From: Camelus ferus
Taxonomy: Eukaryota
Direction of reading: 5' to 3'
DNA length: 64,000 bases
Assembly: GCF_009834535.1 (NCBI RefSeq)
Contig: NC_045697.1
Location: 39,248,001-39,312,000 of the forward strand
Part shown: positions 1 through 12,330 of the stretch, one piece after another
Position numbering within the stretch: position 1 is the first letter of the stretch
Layout of the letters: every line of letters starts with the position of its first letter
Notes under the pieces: generated by a model
Databases searched by the model: none
What the model saw: the letters and a program-made list of their open reading frames with translations, nothing else
What the model was told of the DNA's origin: nothing
Program-made: the position numbers and the translations under genes

Positions 1-200
1 CAAACCACAGTATCAATTTATTTGCATAGGTTAACAAGCTTGGCAGGGTAAGTAACACGGATCAGGATAATGCACTGAGGAAACTGAACTAGAGATGAAA
101 CTGTTGCTTGTGTGCTCAGCCTTAGAATAATGGGAGTTAAGAATTCTCAAGATGTATTCTATTGGGTTAAACTAGTTGTTAAAGTAATATTTTAAAACAA

Positions 201-1125
201 TTTTATTGAGATATCATTCACATGCCATACAATTCACCCTTTTAAAGGGTACTATTGAATTTTTTTTAGTATATTCACTCCTAATTTTAGAAATTTCCAT
301 TATCTCAAAAAGAAATCCCATACCCATTACCAGTCACTCCCCACTCCCTCCTCCCCTCAGCCCTAGGCCTGCGGCAACAACTAATCTACTTTCTGTCTCT
401 ATAGATTTGCATTTCCTGGACATTTTATCAATAGTGCACAACAATATGTGGTCTTGTGTGGCTGGTTTCTTTCAATTAGCATAATGTTTTCTAGGTTTAT
501 CCATGCTGTAAGATGTATCAATACTTTGTTACTTTTTATTTCTGAATAAAATTATATTTTATGGATACATTACATTTTATTTATTCTTTCCTCAGTTGAT
601 AGCTATCTGGGTTGTTACTGTTTTTTGGCTGCCATGAATAATGCTGCTGTGAACATTCACATACAAGCTTTTGTGTGGACATATGTTTCATTTTCTCTTG
701 GGTATATACTTAGGATGGGATTGCTGGGTCATATGATAACTCTGTGTTTTACTTTTGGGCGAACTGATGAGCTCTTTTCCAAAGGAGCTGCACCGTATTC
801 AATTCCCATCAGTAATTGTGAGCATTCTATTTCCTCCACAACCTCACCAGCACTTGTTATTTTCTGTTGCTTGTTAGTAGACAACCTAATGGGTGTGAGG
901 TAGCATCTCATTGTGCTTTTGATTTGCATTCCCCTAATGGCTAAGGATACTGAACATCTTTTCATGTGCTTATGGACTGTATATCTTTGGAGAAATGTCT
1001 ATTAAGATCTCTTGCCCGCTTTTTAATTGGAGCACGTATGAATATTTCATCCTTTTCATTGACAAATAATATTGTATGGATATACCACATTTTATGTATC
1101 CATTTATCAGTTGATGGACATTGTT
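201..1125 (-). mobile_element. Old L1 LINE 3' fragment (L1MB/L1MC-like)
   Basis: The minus-strand ORF 729..965 encodes the L1 ORF2 C-terminal motif MKRCSVSLAIRGMQIKSTMRCYLTP. A typical L1 3'UTR in reverse starts at 201. Confidence 0.9.
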
Positions 1126-2439
1126 GAACAATTTTCATATTTTTATGGAAAATGCTGGTGATCTCAACAGGATGGAGAACCAGGGAAATTTGGACTATGG
1201 AAACTAATTTGGTTTATGAACATGACACAGGAAAAAAAAGTAATAGTGTCTGAAAGAACATAGCAAATGTTATGACATACAGCTAACATCTTTAAGGTGG
1301 GGGAAAGGTGGAGCAGTCTTCAAAGTCTGCTTCCCTCAGAAGGTAGAGCAGTTTTAGGCAAGGCAGCCAGTCTCTAGATAGTGGTTATGCTTGAAGCCGT
1401 GTGCCAATTGCATTCTCTTTCCAGGAGGTCCATCCAATTTAAAGCTGAACTTTACCCAGTCTCTGGAGAAAGTTGCACCTGGGTACCGTTAGCCCTTGGA
1501 GAAAAACAGATGGGCGAGGGATAAGAAGGGTCAGGATCTTAAACAGGCTGGATGAAATACCAGTAGATGAAGCATTCCTGGGACCATATGAACCAGGAAG
1601 ACATGGTGGAGAACAGAGATGAAGGTTGATCACCATTGCAGACATAGTGGCTGAGAGCCCACCTCAGTCATTCCACACTCAAATGTGGAAATTCAGTGAG
1701 ACTATTTCCATATTCCACCAGCTGAAGGATGCTAATCTACTGCTTGTCTTGGTCAGAATTGGCTTTGGACTGAAAGTCTTGAGCATATGTGGTTAAAAAC
1801 CTGAGTTCTGTAGCAACATGGAGCAAGAGAAAGGCAGGGACTTCCAAACCTCTCCAATCAAAAGATGTATTCAGCATTAGCTTATCTATCTACCTGTCTA
1901 TCAATCATCTATCAACTTTTCTCATTAGAAGAAAGTACTAAGTCCTCTTTTGAACCCTTTCTTCTGGGCTTGGAACGGATTTCTGAACCTTTGGTCTAAT
2001 ACCAAATGAGGTGGTTGACTGCGTTTAGGGGCTCCATTTTATGAGGAAAAAATATCTTTAAACACCAGAATCATCCCCAGTCTGTCCAGAGAACCCTGCT
2101 ATGAGAGCCCTACAGAGGGAACAGCAGGTTTTTGGTTCTTATTGCATGCTAACCCTGGGTCAGATGCTACATGGTGGAAGGTCATGTCCAAATTCCTGTA
2201 CCATATGAATTGTTATCTCTCCCCCACCCCTCTCCAATACTATGTATTTATAGTTACATAAGTTAAATGGGCATATGAATTTTCAACACTCCACAGTTTT
2301 CTTTACATTAGTTATATTCCAGCCCCTTTCCTCTGATGTTACACCCTGAACACGCTGAGTGAACTAACTCTGGAGACCCCTTGCTGTTTTGATCAATGTT
2401 ATTTTTGATAGACACTAGGGCTACAACCATAATCTCATC

Positions 2440-2800
2440 AATAATGATTTTATTCAGTAGTTAACCTGCATTAATTTTTTTGTATCTACTATGCGTTAGG
2501 TCCTGTGCCAAGTGTGACGCATAAACCAAGAAAAAAAAAACTCCTGTCCTCAAAGAAATTACAGTCTAGGTGTGGTGGTAAAAAGACCGACAGGTAAACA
2601 GGGAATGAAACACCACGTGATGAACAGGCAAGTGCTATAGGAAAACAGAGGAGAAGGACTGACCCCAATCCCAGCATCGCAGATAGTCTTAGGCTTTACC
2701 TGAGACTTCAGATATACACAGGCATTAGCCAAAAAGAGGGGACAGACATGGGGCAGGAAATCATGCCAGAAGGAACAACCTACAAGAAAGTACTCCATAC
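2440..2800 (-). mobile_element. L2 LINE fragment
   Basis: Degenerate L2 3' motifs in reverse (tatctactatgcgttaggtcctgtgccaagtg...acagtctag). Boundaries approximate. Confidence 0.55.
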
Positions 2801-3094
2801 AGTTAAAGGAATGTATCCAACAGTCAATCAGATTCTCTTTCCTGGGCAGTTTGAATGCAAGTCATGCAAAGAAAAAGAAGAGTTCAAGTAATAGGAGTGT
2901 CAGCAGAGAAGCAGAAAGAAACACAGTTACGAGGTCCTTTGGAGGCTTCAGGAAAAGAAGCAATAGCAGATGGCTACTTCTAAAGGAATAGGGTGACCAA
3001 TTCACCTGAGAGGTTCTTGTTGAACCAGAAGCATCATTGTCAATCACTGGGTCTGCTGCTCTATTCTGGGTGACATATGAAGTCTTTCTGTGCA

Positions 3095-3620
3095 GCTGTT
3101 ATAAGAACCTATAAGAACTCTTCATTGCAAGAAACGAACCCACCTTGAAAATGATTGAACAATGTCAAATTCTATCAGAATTTGAAATGAATTCAAGGAT
3201 GGCTGAATGTAGTGGTTTAAATATCACCAGAAATAGAGCTCCACTCCTTCTCTCTTTCTAACTCTTTCCAGCCCTACTTTCTTTTCCTTTGTCTTCATGC
3301 CTCCCTCATGTAGACTTCTTCCAAGGGGTCTCCACTAGCTGCCCCAGTTCTACATTCTACTAGTCAGAAGACTCCATTTTTAACAAGAGTTCCAGCAATA
3401 CTTTGAGTCTTGAATCCATCCATGAACCAATCACTGTGGCCAAGGACAGTGGTTCTCCTATTGCTCTATCCTAGGTCATCCGTTCATGCGGATCAAGGGT
3501 AGCCCCACCTAATCACATAGACTGAGCTGTGGTTCCTCAATGGAAAACTGAGATGCAGTCACCATCAGCAAGCGGTAAATGGAAGCTTAGAAATCAGAAA
3601 CAGCAGCTCTCTTCCATAAA
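3095..3620. mobile_element. Old MaLR (MLT1-like) LTR remnant
   Basis: MLT1-type motifs 'cattgcaagaaac' and 'gaaccaatcactgtggccaagga'. Heavily diverged. Confidence 0.5.
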
Positions 3621-4697
3621 TGGGTCCCTGTGTGTCCTTACCTCCCTGTGTCTTTCAAACAAATTCTCAGTAGCTGATGACAACTCAGCACTTTTTTTTT
3701 CTATTTTCTTTCTTTTTTTTTGCTCCTCATAGCCTAACATTTCCTGGAAAAAAATAAGTATTTGAAAATTGATCTTATATGAAGTAGATTTTCACACATA
3801 TGGCATGCAATTTTAAATAGAAGGTGATGTTATCTATAAGAGTACTGGGCTAAAATGGCCAAGAGTAAAGACCAAACACTGCCATGCTGCATACCCATGA
3901 AGACAGTTTAGACACAACCAGTTTTCAGAGCCCAAAGTAATTTAGGACTCCTCCCTCATCTTAAAGTTACCTGGATATCTTTTGTTATAAAACGATCATT
4001 CCATCTTTTCTAACTCTAATTAAACTGAATAATGAATTTTAAAATGCCTAACACATCAATTAGACCAGAATAAGCCCTTTTAAAAATTCAAATTGGCCTG
4101 AAATTCTACAAACATTAACAATCAATGGGCAATGTACCAAGACTGATAATAGAAAATCATATAATACGAAGACTTGGTCCTCAGGGAACACAGCATTTAT
4201 TAAAGGAGAAAAACAAATACAAACACAAATTATGTACAGTGTTTTAACTACAACAAAGATTGACACCAGGTATAGATGTATCACAGAGGAAGAAGCAATT
4301 AAATAAGGGAATGGGTGGTTTGAGCAAGGGTTCCTGGAGGAGGAGATAACTAGATTTTGTCACAAATGACTAGGAATTTGGTAAGTGTCTATGAGGAAAG
4401 GGCATTTCGGGAGTGACGGGAGGACACAAATCAAAGAAAAGTCGTGGAACAGTGTACTAGTGTGTTTTACAAACTACTATTGCAGGAAGGGAAAATGAGT
4501 TTAGGGAGTGGCAAGAGATGACTCTGGTAAAACAGGCAGTGATTTGAGTGTTTCTTTATCAATTTAAACAAGTCTATCATAAGAATATTTCAAATGGAAA
4601 TAATCTAAGCATTTGACAATAGGATATTGATTAAATAAACAGCAGAATACTAAATGTGACCAAAAATGATGCTGCAGAAGGCTGTTTAGTATCAGAA

Positions 4698-4890
4698 GAG
4701 AGGAGAGGGAAGGAGAAGGAAAGAGGACAGGATGGAAGGAAGGAAAGAGAAGAAAGAAAAAGAGAGAGAAAGAAAGAGAAGAGGAGAGAAGAGAAAAGAA
4801 AAGAAAAAGAAGAAAATGAAAGAAAGAGGAAGGGCAGGCAAGAGAGAGATTGAGAGAGAGAAGGAGAGAAGGGAGGGAGAGAGGGAAGAA
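4698..4890 (+). repeat. Polypurine (GA-rich) low-complexity tract
   Basis: About 190 bp of almost exclusively A/G (gaaa, gaga, ggaa units). Confidence 0.95.
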
Positions 4891-5275
4891 AATGTGTAGG
4901 ACGCTGACATGTGGTTGCCCCAGTCTTCCGGAAATCCAAAGGCAGTCAGGTGACATCAAATGTACCTAAATGTGAGTTTCTACACTGATTCTCTGTGAAA
5001 GACACTGCTAAGGGATGAACCTACAGCCTACCTTCCTTCTCTCTTACTAACAGAACCTCAGTTTTGATTGGGGCACTAGGACATTTAGCCTAGAAAAACT
5101 GAAGCCAGCCTGTTCCTCTAGGCTAGGCAGGCGCTCACTTGCACAGCCTCCTTGGGTGATTTGGTGACTGAATCCTGACCAATGACTTGGGAATAAGAGA
5201 GTGGGTTCTGGCAAATATTTTTTTCTTCCATAAAAAAAAGAGATTCCCTTTTCCACTGGAATTCTTTTCTTCTAT

Positions 5276-5838
5276 TATAGAGGAGGGAAAAAAATCTCAT
5301 TCCTCTCTCCTCCTAGGTTCTCTAACTGGGGCTCTGCTGACAGTCAAAATACAGATTAACAAGAGAAAAAGAAAGTTTATTGACACGTACAGCAGGCATA
5401 GATGCCGAAGAAACTCAGTGATGAGTAACTCAAAGGGGCGGTTAGAACTTGAGCTTACACAGCATCTTCACAAAGAAAAATAAACTTGTATAGAAATGAT
5501 AAGACAAAGGAAAAAGGAGTTTAGGCTTTTAGGGGCAGCGAACTGTGGGAAGGCAAATATATAGGGGAAACCTAATGGAAGATAAGAATTATTTTAATAA
5601 GGTTTGTTTGCAGACCTATCTTGGTGCTGACTTTCCGTCTTCTTCATGACCACAAAACTTCCCCAGGAGAGGGGATTTAGGGTAATCCTCATTTCTCAGA
5701 AGTTTCTGCTTTTAGTCAGATAAGGGAAACTCCAAGAAAGCTGCTTCTTGCATTTGTTGATTCTCAGTTGCCTCCAGTTCAAAATAATCCTTATGCCAAA
5801 GTGGCGTATTTTATGGTGGCATAATTGGATCCCCTACA
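5276..5838 (-). mobile_element. ERV1 solo LTR (MER34-like)
   Basis: The reverse strand begins tgtaggggatccaattatgccacc...tttggcataaggattattttgaactg, a MER34-type 5' end. Near-perfect 4-bp TSD ctat (5272-5275)/ctgt (5839-5842). Confidence 0.8.
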
Positions 5839-6407
5839 CTGTCTTAAATGTGGTTTTGTAAGGATATGATTTTTAAAGCAATGGAAGCCATCTTGTAACC
5901 ATGCAGTGATAAAATCTATTGAGAGTCCAGCACTGAGCAGAATGCGTGGATATACAAGAAGTAGAAGTTATAGTCCCTGAGCCCAAAAGCCTGTAATACA
6001 AAGTGTCAAGACATGGGCACATGACTTAACTGGAGAACAATTACAAAACAGCTTACAGCATTACTCAGTGCCAACTGGTGCAGCACTGGTGGCAGTCCTC
6101 CAGAACCTCCTGTTGGGGACTCAATCCCACCAATGCTTCTTGCCAATCCAGCTAAACTGATGACGTTTATAGGAAAGATCTGACATTTAAAGAAGATTCT
6201 AGTGTCAAAATCTTATATTTTTAAAATACAGTGCTGCCCCCGTTTAAACACCAGGAAGAGCTTTCACTCAGAAGAGAACAGATTACCAGAAAAGCATCAG
6301 GCTGGACACTAGACTTCAGTCTTGAGGCACTTATATGTTACTTCATTCGTCACAAATGTTACTTAAACACCTGGGGTTTTGATTCCTGACTTCTAAATTG
6401 GGGATAA

Positions 6408-6720
6408 TGATTCATTCAACTTACTGAGCCCTTCATAAATGGTGCACACTATTTTAGACGATAGGGATTCAACAGCGAACAAGAGACAAAGTCCTTGCCC
6501 TCATAGACAGTAGACAGAAAACCACTATATACTCTATCAGGATGCAGTAGGAAGTCTGATGGAAAAACATAAAGCAGGGGAAGAAGGATAGAAAAATGGC
6601 AGGTAAGAGGGGACGGAGCTGCTATTCTCTCTAGAGTGGTTAAGAACACCTCTTTGGTAAGAAGCTGGCATTTCCTTCTCCATGCTGCGTGAGGTGTGCC
6701 TGTGTTTGTTTGTGAGCACA
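6408..6720 (-). mobile_element. L2 LINE 3' fragment
   Basis: The signature 'attcattcaacttactgagc...gacaaagtccttgccctcatag' is an L2 tail in reverse. Confidence 0.65.
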
Positions 6721-7565
6721 TTGGCCGGCTTCTCTGGGGGAGAGGGGAAGAAGTCAAATGACTGAAAAAGCCCTTGATAAATTACTGGGCACTATGTGAA
6801 CACAAGGCATTATTATTATCATTGTTATTATTGCGGATTGAGTATCATCCCCATAGCCTGACATTTAAGATCATTCACAACACAACCTTCCAACCTACAT
6901 TTCCAGTTTTATCTCCACTTCTGTGCATAAACCTAACTTCCAAATAAAACTTTCACTTTGTCTAATTCACTTGGCAATTAATCATGTACCATCTCACGTT
7001 GCTTCTCCTATTGTTTCTTTTGCTGAAATCCTTTCTTATTTTCATTCCCCATAAATTCTGTGTCCCCAGTGAAATGTTAAACTTGTGTATGTCAGGGTCT
7101 TTCTATAAGTTCCTTGAGGTGTTCAATAATATATATTGGCTTTGCTTGACGTACTAGTTTAATGCGTACCGTCACTCTGATAGTTTTGGAATTTGCTGTT
7201 TTTTGTACGAGTTTTGAATTGCCTTATTAATCATGTACCTTTGAGAAGCAGAATCTTTAAAAATTTCTCTATTGCTAAAGTGAGACTTTACCTGTGGTTA
7301 GGATTTCCCCTAAGGATTATCTCACTGCCATTCAGACCAATAAGCATCTCCTAATCCTACATGTCTTTTTCATGACCACAATACTGGGCATTGTCATGGT
7401 TTTGTCATGACCTTGGGGTATTTCTTGCCTATACCTACTTGATATTGTCTCTTGAATGACTTTCAAGTGAATTTTTCCATTGAAAGAACTTCCCAGCAGT
7501 GTGAGAAGTCAAGCAGAAGAGTAGGATGAGTCAAACATAGCAGAAACTATAGGATAAGTACTAAG

Positions 7566-8043
7566 TGAAGTTTTGGTGGACATAATGACCCTCGTGAAAT
7601 ATCTATATCCTAATCTCTGGGACCTAGGAATATTTTACCTTGTAATGCAGAAGAGTCTTTGCAGATGTGAACAAACTAAGCATTTTGAGATGGGGAGATT
7701 GTTCTGGATTATCTGGGTTGACCCAATGTAATCACAAGAGTCTTTATAAGAGGGATGTAGGAGGTCAGAGTCAGAGCAGAGGACAGAAATAGAGTTCTGA
7801 GGGATGTAGTCACAAGCTAAGAAATGCAGACTGCCTCTAGGAGCTGGAAGAGAAAAGGAAGGAAGAGATTCTCCCCTCAGAGCCTCTAGAAGGAATGCAT
7901 AGCCCTGATGACCCTTTGATTTTAGCCCTATAAGGCGTATTTTCAGACTTTGGACCTTGAAAACTATAGAATAATAAATTTGTGTGGTATTAGGCTACTA
8001 AATTTATGGTAATTTGTTATAGCAGCAGTAGGAAACTAATACA
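7566..8043 (+). mobile_element. MaLR LTR (MLT1D-like)
   Basis: Contains 'ttttgagatggggagattgttctggattatctggg' and 'ataataaatttgtgtgg', and ends 'gcagcagtaggaaactaataca'. Confidence 0.85.
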
Positions 8044-8564
8044 GTGGTCTAATAAAAACAGCCCTGAGCTAGAGATCTGACACACACTCAGCCCCCATTA
8101 CATGCTTATTGACTGAGTGATCTCAAGAACATCACTCTATCTTGGTTTCTTTCCCTGTAAAGTTAAATTACACTTGCCTTCCCGTGTTGTTATGAAGGCA
8201 GACAAAATTACTCATGTGAGTGCTTTGTAAACTGTTTTGTGTTATACAAATGTTAGGTGTAAAACTTTGACTTAGGGTTTTCTTAATAAGGATGAGGACT
8301 GGAGTGAGGATATCCATCCTTAAATATTACAGCATAACCACCCCAGTAGCAAACATGTTATTTCAGAGATGGCCTCCTGTGGGAATGGCCATCTGGCACA
8401 CTTGTTACAAACTTCCTTCCATCAACCAGATTGATATGGCTGATGAATGGCAGCATTCTTTGCCCAGGAGCGAAGACAGCCTTAGAACCCTTCTTAACTC
8501 GCCTTCAGGAAGTTGCTGTCTATCACCTAGAGCTGGCAGGAAAGAAGAAACTTACTTCAAGTCC

Positions 8565-8690
8565 CCGACTTTGACCAGCAGCATGGGCACCACCTGGGAA
8601 CTTGTTAGAAATGCAGATCCTCAGGCCCACCCCAGGCCTACTGGGTCAGAATCTACATTTTAACAAGATCCCTGGGTGAGTCCCGTGTGC
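8565..8690. mobile_element. MER5A-like hAT-Charlie DNA transposon remnant
   Basis: 'cacctgggaacttgttagaaatgcagatcctcaggcccacccc...gaatctacattttaacaagatccctgggtga'. Confidence 0.8.
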
Positions 8691-8699
8691 TAGGTGAGA

Positions 8700-8900
8700 G
8701 GATATATTCTGCAGTATTTTGAAACCTACTTGTGCAGGTTACTACTGCACTCAAGCAAGGTGTTTAAATCATCGAAGTCTCAGTTTTCTCAATCAATAAA
8801 GTGGAGAATAATACCCACCTCACTGGGTTGTTATGAGAATTGCAGAGGCTGCATATAAGGCATTTTGCACAGTGCTTGCTAACAAATACTCAGTTACTAA
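8700..8900 (+). mobile_element. MIR SINE
   Basis: MIR core 'gtctcagttttctcaatcaataaagtggagaataatacccacctcactgggttgttatgaga'. Confidence 0.75.
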
Positions 8901-9409
8901 GAGTTCTTTTCATTGTATCATTTGCACCATCTACAGCTGCTAACCATACTACGCATCCATTCAGTATTGCCGGAGCCGCTCTGCGTGGACGATTTCCAAA
9001 GCTATCCACGCCCATGGAGGGGAGGGGGCAGGAACACTGTCAGCAATGCCATCTCCAAATACGTAGGTACAGTACATTTTGCAACATGTAGGAAACGTGG
9101 GGTGATCTCCTTGCTTTCAGATCTGGACTGCACGCGGCTTTATTAGAAACCGTCTGCTGAAGTCTAGACACAGCCATGGAGTCTGGTGACCTGTGGGAGG
9201 GAGCAAAGGCCAGAATTCCTGCTGAGTCGCTGTCGGTGCCAGCCCTACCTTAAGACCCTTCTTAACTTTCCATCTGCGGCCGGTCTCCTTGCTGCAGAAC
9301 CGCGAACCGCCAGCCCCTGCCCAGCTGCCCCACCGGCTCGCGGCAGCGGCGCAGCAACCCCTTCCCGCGGGACGCGGAGGCTGGGCGGGGGCGCGATGGG
9401 GGCGGAGCT

Positions 9410-9444
9410 CGGCGTCCCGCCGCCTCTGCTGCTGCCGCTGCCGC

Positions 9445-9475
<31 letters not shown>

Positions 9476-9880
9476 GCCTGCGATTCTGCCGCCCCCTTCC
9501 TCGGATGCTCCGGCGGGGCAGCGTTGCCCGCGAGGACAGATGGGCGCATTCCCGGCCTGACGAGTGAGCAGTCGGGCACGTGAACTCCCACCTCCAATTT
9601 GGCTCCGAGCCCGGTGGCGGCGGCGGCAGCCCCGCGGTGGGGGCGGCCCCCGCTGTCTCCGCCCGGCTCCTGCGCGCCGCCTCTGCTCTTTGCATAGTAA
9701 TTTCAGTTCCTGCTGGCACCCGGCTCGCTCCCGGAACAGGTCTGAAAAGGACCGCCGCTACGAGCCCGCCTGAGCCATCGGTGTGGCGCCGAGAGCCGCT
9801 GCTCGGGATATGCGACGGGAAGCCCCCGCCACAGCGCAGGCAGTGGCCGCGCCGCGCCGGGGAGAACCGGGCAACAGCAG
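9410..9880 (+). other. Probable first exon (5'UTR, possibly with a short coding start)
   Basis: Lies just downstream of the GC boxes and ends at donor CAG|GTAGGC (9880/9881) near the 3' edge of the island. The start is inferred, not observed. Confidence 0.5.
9426..9478 (+). repeat. Compound trinucleotide repeat: CTG/CCG mix followed by (GCC)10
   Basis: Directly read: pure GCC x10 at 9449-9478, preceded by ctgctgctgccgctgccgctgct. Confidence 0.97.
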
Positions 9881-10214
9881 GTAGGCGACCGGCGGCCGCG
9901 GCAGGAGACGCCCCCGGCGCCACCGCTGCGCGGCGTCCCACCTCTGGGGGAGCCGGGCTTTGCGGTGTGCTCGGTACTGATGGGGGATGGATTCGGTCCC
10001 ATATTTTGCCGGGTGACCCTTTTTGCCTGTTGCTCTTGTCCCCAACCCAGCCTGCGCTCCAGGAGGGACTGTCTTTCTCACAGGTGATGAATTTCTCGAC
10101 AAGGTCATTGCTCCCTTAGGCTCTGGCTTGGCAGGTAAACGGGAGAAGACGCCTGCTGTTCTTGGGCGGGGGGATTTATAATCAATGGGGTCTGCACACT
10201 ATGAATACCCAAAT

Positions 10215-10218
<4 letters not shown>

Positions 10219-10260
<42 letters not shown>
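10219..10260 (+). repeat. (TG)21 microsatellite
   Basis: Directly read. Confidence 0.97.
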
Positions 10261-10262
<2 letters not shown>

Positions 10263-12009
10263 GGCAATACTACACCGGCATTTTTCTCATTTTCCTACAC
10301 TCATTCCCTTTAAGGTCAGAACACCATCGGAATATATAATATACATGCGTTTGTGTGCATGTGTGTATACACATGTTTACATATATAGTTTTTTTTTTTC
10401 AGGAGATGGGCGGAGAGAGAAGGGCAGGCAGAGGTTGATAAAGGGAATACCTGTTCAGTATCTAGAGGTGAACTTTGGAACCACATTATATCAGGTAGAG
10501 ACTAGAGGCTATAAACGGTTCTTTGGAGATGGATTTTAGAAAAGAAATCACTGAAGAACACTGTCAACCAATACACATCACAGGTCTTCATGCTATCCAG
10601 GCAGACCTACAAGATACAGGCAAAATTTCAGACGCAACAATGGACAGTGAAAAAAGGTGAAGAAAGAGAGGTACTTCCAACACCAGAAAGTGAATTTTGC
10701 CTGGTGGGAAGGCAGCAAAGCCCTGTCAGGTTTAAAGGGCTTTTTGGAGGGGGTATTGGGAGAAATCTCCGCTTAGGATGTAGGTAGTTCAAGGTTAAGA
10801 TGATGTGAATGTCCAGAGAGCAGCATAGGCAGTGGGGAAAAGGCCACGGTTTGGAGGGGGAGGGGAGAAGCGGAGCTCTGAAGGTCCCCAAGCAGCAACC
10901 ACCTTTTATTAGGTGTCCTCTTCCTGTTAAAGCAGTACCTTGGATATGCTCCATCTAAAGATTTTTCACAGCACGTTTGTTAAAGATCCATTGGTCCATG
11001 TTTTCATTTTGTTTTTGCAAAAAATCTGGGTCATGGTGGGACTGGAAGAAACTGAAGTGTTTACAACACCAGCAAGATTTGGAGAGAGAGTTGATTAAGG
11101 CTTCAGTTTCATGAAATATTTACACGTCTCTTGCGTGGGCTTTTGTTTGCTCTTGTTGGTGCTGCTGCATATTTTACTTCGATAATGCTTTGAGTGTACT
11201 TCTCCCGAATGTGCTTATTTTCCAGTTATAAACTATTCTTTCTTTTCCGTTGTGTTCGCCATTGGCCTGCCCTCTGTAACAACTGTGGGAATAAAGATCC
11301 ATGAGTCACAGCAGAAAGAAGGAAATCTTCTCTGTTGCTATCTGCAAATGGCAGGAGTTTGTATGAGAGAATAGTCTTTTGAAATAGAATCATGGAGAAA
11401 ATCATTCAAGATTTTTTTGTGCATTAATGGGGGGGCGGAATAGGTTGTTGATTCATAAACAGGAAAAAAATGATAATGGCCATTGCAAGTCTAGATGTTC
11501 TATCAGTGGAATTTATTTTGGAAACAGTGCAGAGGAACTCATGGAGATCCTTGTAGAGTGTGCTTTGGTGTGGTGAGGCTTCACCTAATCACTAACTGTT
11601 GTCTCTGAAATGATGAGGTCAAAATGGCAAGTGCATAGCTTCATATGGGAAACAGAGGACTGAGGCATGATGTGAACCAGAACTGTCTCATCTGGCGGTC
11701 AGGTTGGGTTCCAACAAGCAGTTTTAAAACCTAGGTGTTTTTTTAATTGCATCAGTACGCTTGCCTAATACACTTAATTATTTGTCCCTGCAACATATCC
11801 TTGCTTGTGCCTCAAGTAAATGGAAAAGAATGTATTAGATGCAGCTATCCTTTGCTGTGAATTTCCAGTCACAAAATCTGCAGCCTTCGGGGAAGCACTA
11901 AAATATTGGTCACAGAATCACAATATCATGAAAGCTTGGCTACAGAGAGTCAGGACACACAATTCTAGTCCCAGATCACACACACTTTTTCAGGGGCAGC
12001 TGTTTCTGC

Positions 12010-12330
12010 CCTTCATGCACTCACTTATTGATTCCTTTATGCCATCAACATATTTTTATCCTGAACTCTACATGGTCCTAGACTGTGGAATAGGAGAGTC
12101 ATAGCCTGAAAAACTTGGGAGGGAGGGAGGAAGAGCAGGTTAAGTGCTCTGACGGGGAGTGCACAGGGTTCCGGGGAAGCCAGGTTGTAGGGGAGGAGAG
12201 GAGAGGACAGGGAGGTCCCTGGGAACTGGTGAGGAACGAGTCTGATCAAGAGGAGAGAGAAGGGCATTCCTGGTATAGGGACCAAAATATACAGAGGCTC
12301 AGGAAGAACAAGTAGCTCCAGGTGGTTGAA
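12010..12330 (-). mobile_element. L2 LINE fragment
   Basis: 'ttcatgcactcacttattgattcc...caacatatttttatc' followed by a purine-rich L2 body ('agaagggcattcctggtataggga'). Confidence 0.55.

Larger units (their letters stand above)
9270..9990 (+). promoter_or_regulatory. CpG island promoter of an unidentified large gene
   Basis: Very GC-rich and CpG-dense against CpG-depleted flanks. GC boxes (gggcgggg ~9383, ggggcggagc ~9399) and E-box CACGTG at 9577-9582. Confidence 0.85.

Noticed and set aside
4564..4959. Hydrophobic or charged ORFs resembling membrane or coiled-coil proteins
   Set aside because: They are translations of the GA-rich simple repeat.
9117..9941. 274-aa minus-strand ORF and other long overlapping ORFs in the CpG island
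   Set aside because: Stop codons are scarce in GC-rich DNA. The products are low-complexity Arg/Ala/Gly/Pro with no recognisable domain.
9270..9990. Assigning a gene symbol to the CpG-island gene
   Set aside because: There is no recognisable coding exon in the window, so any name would be a guess.
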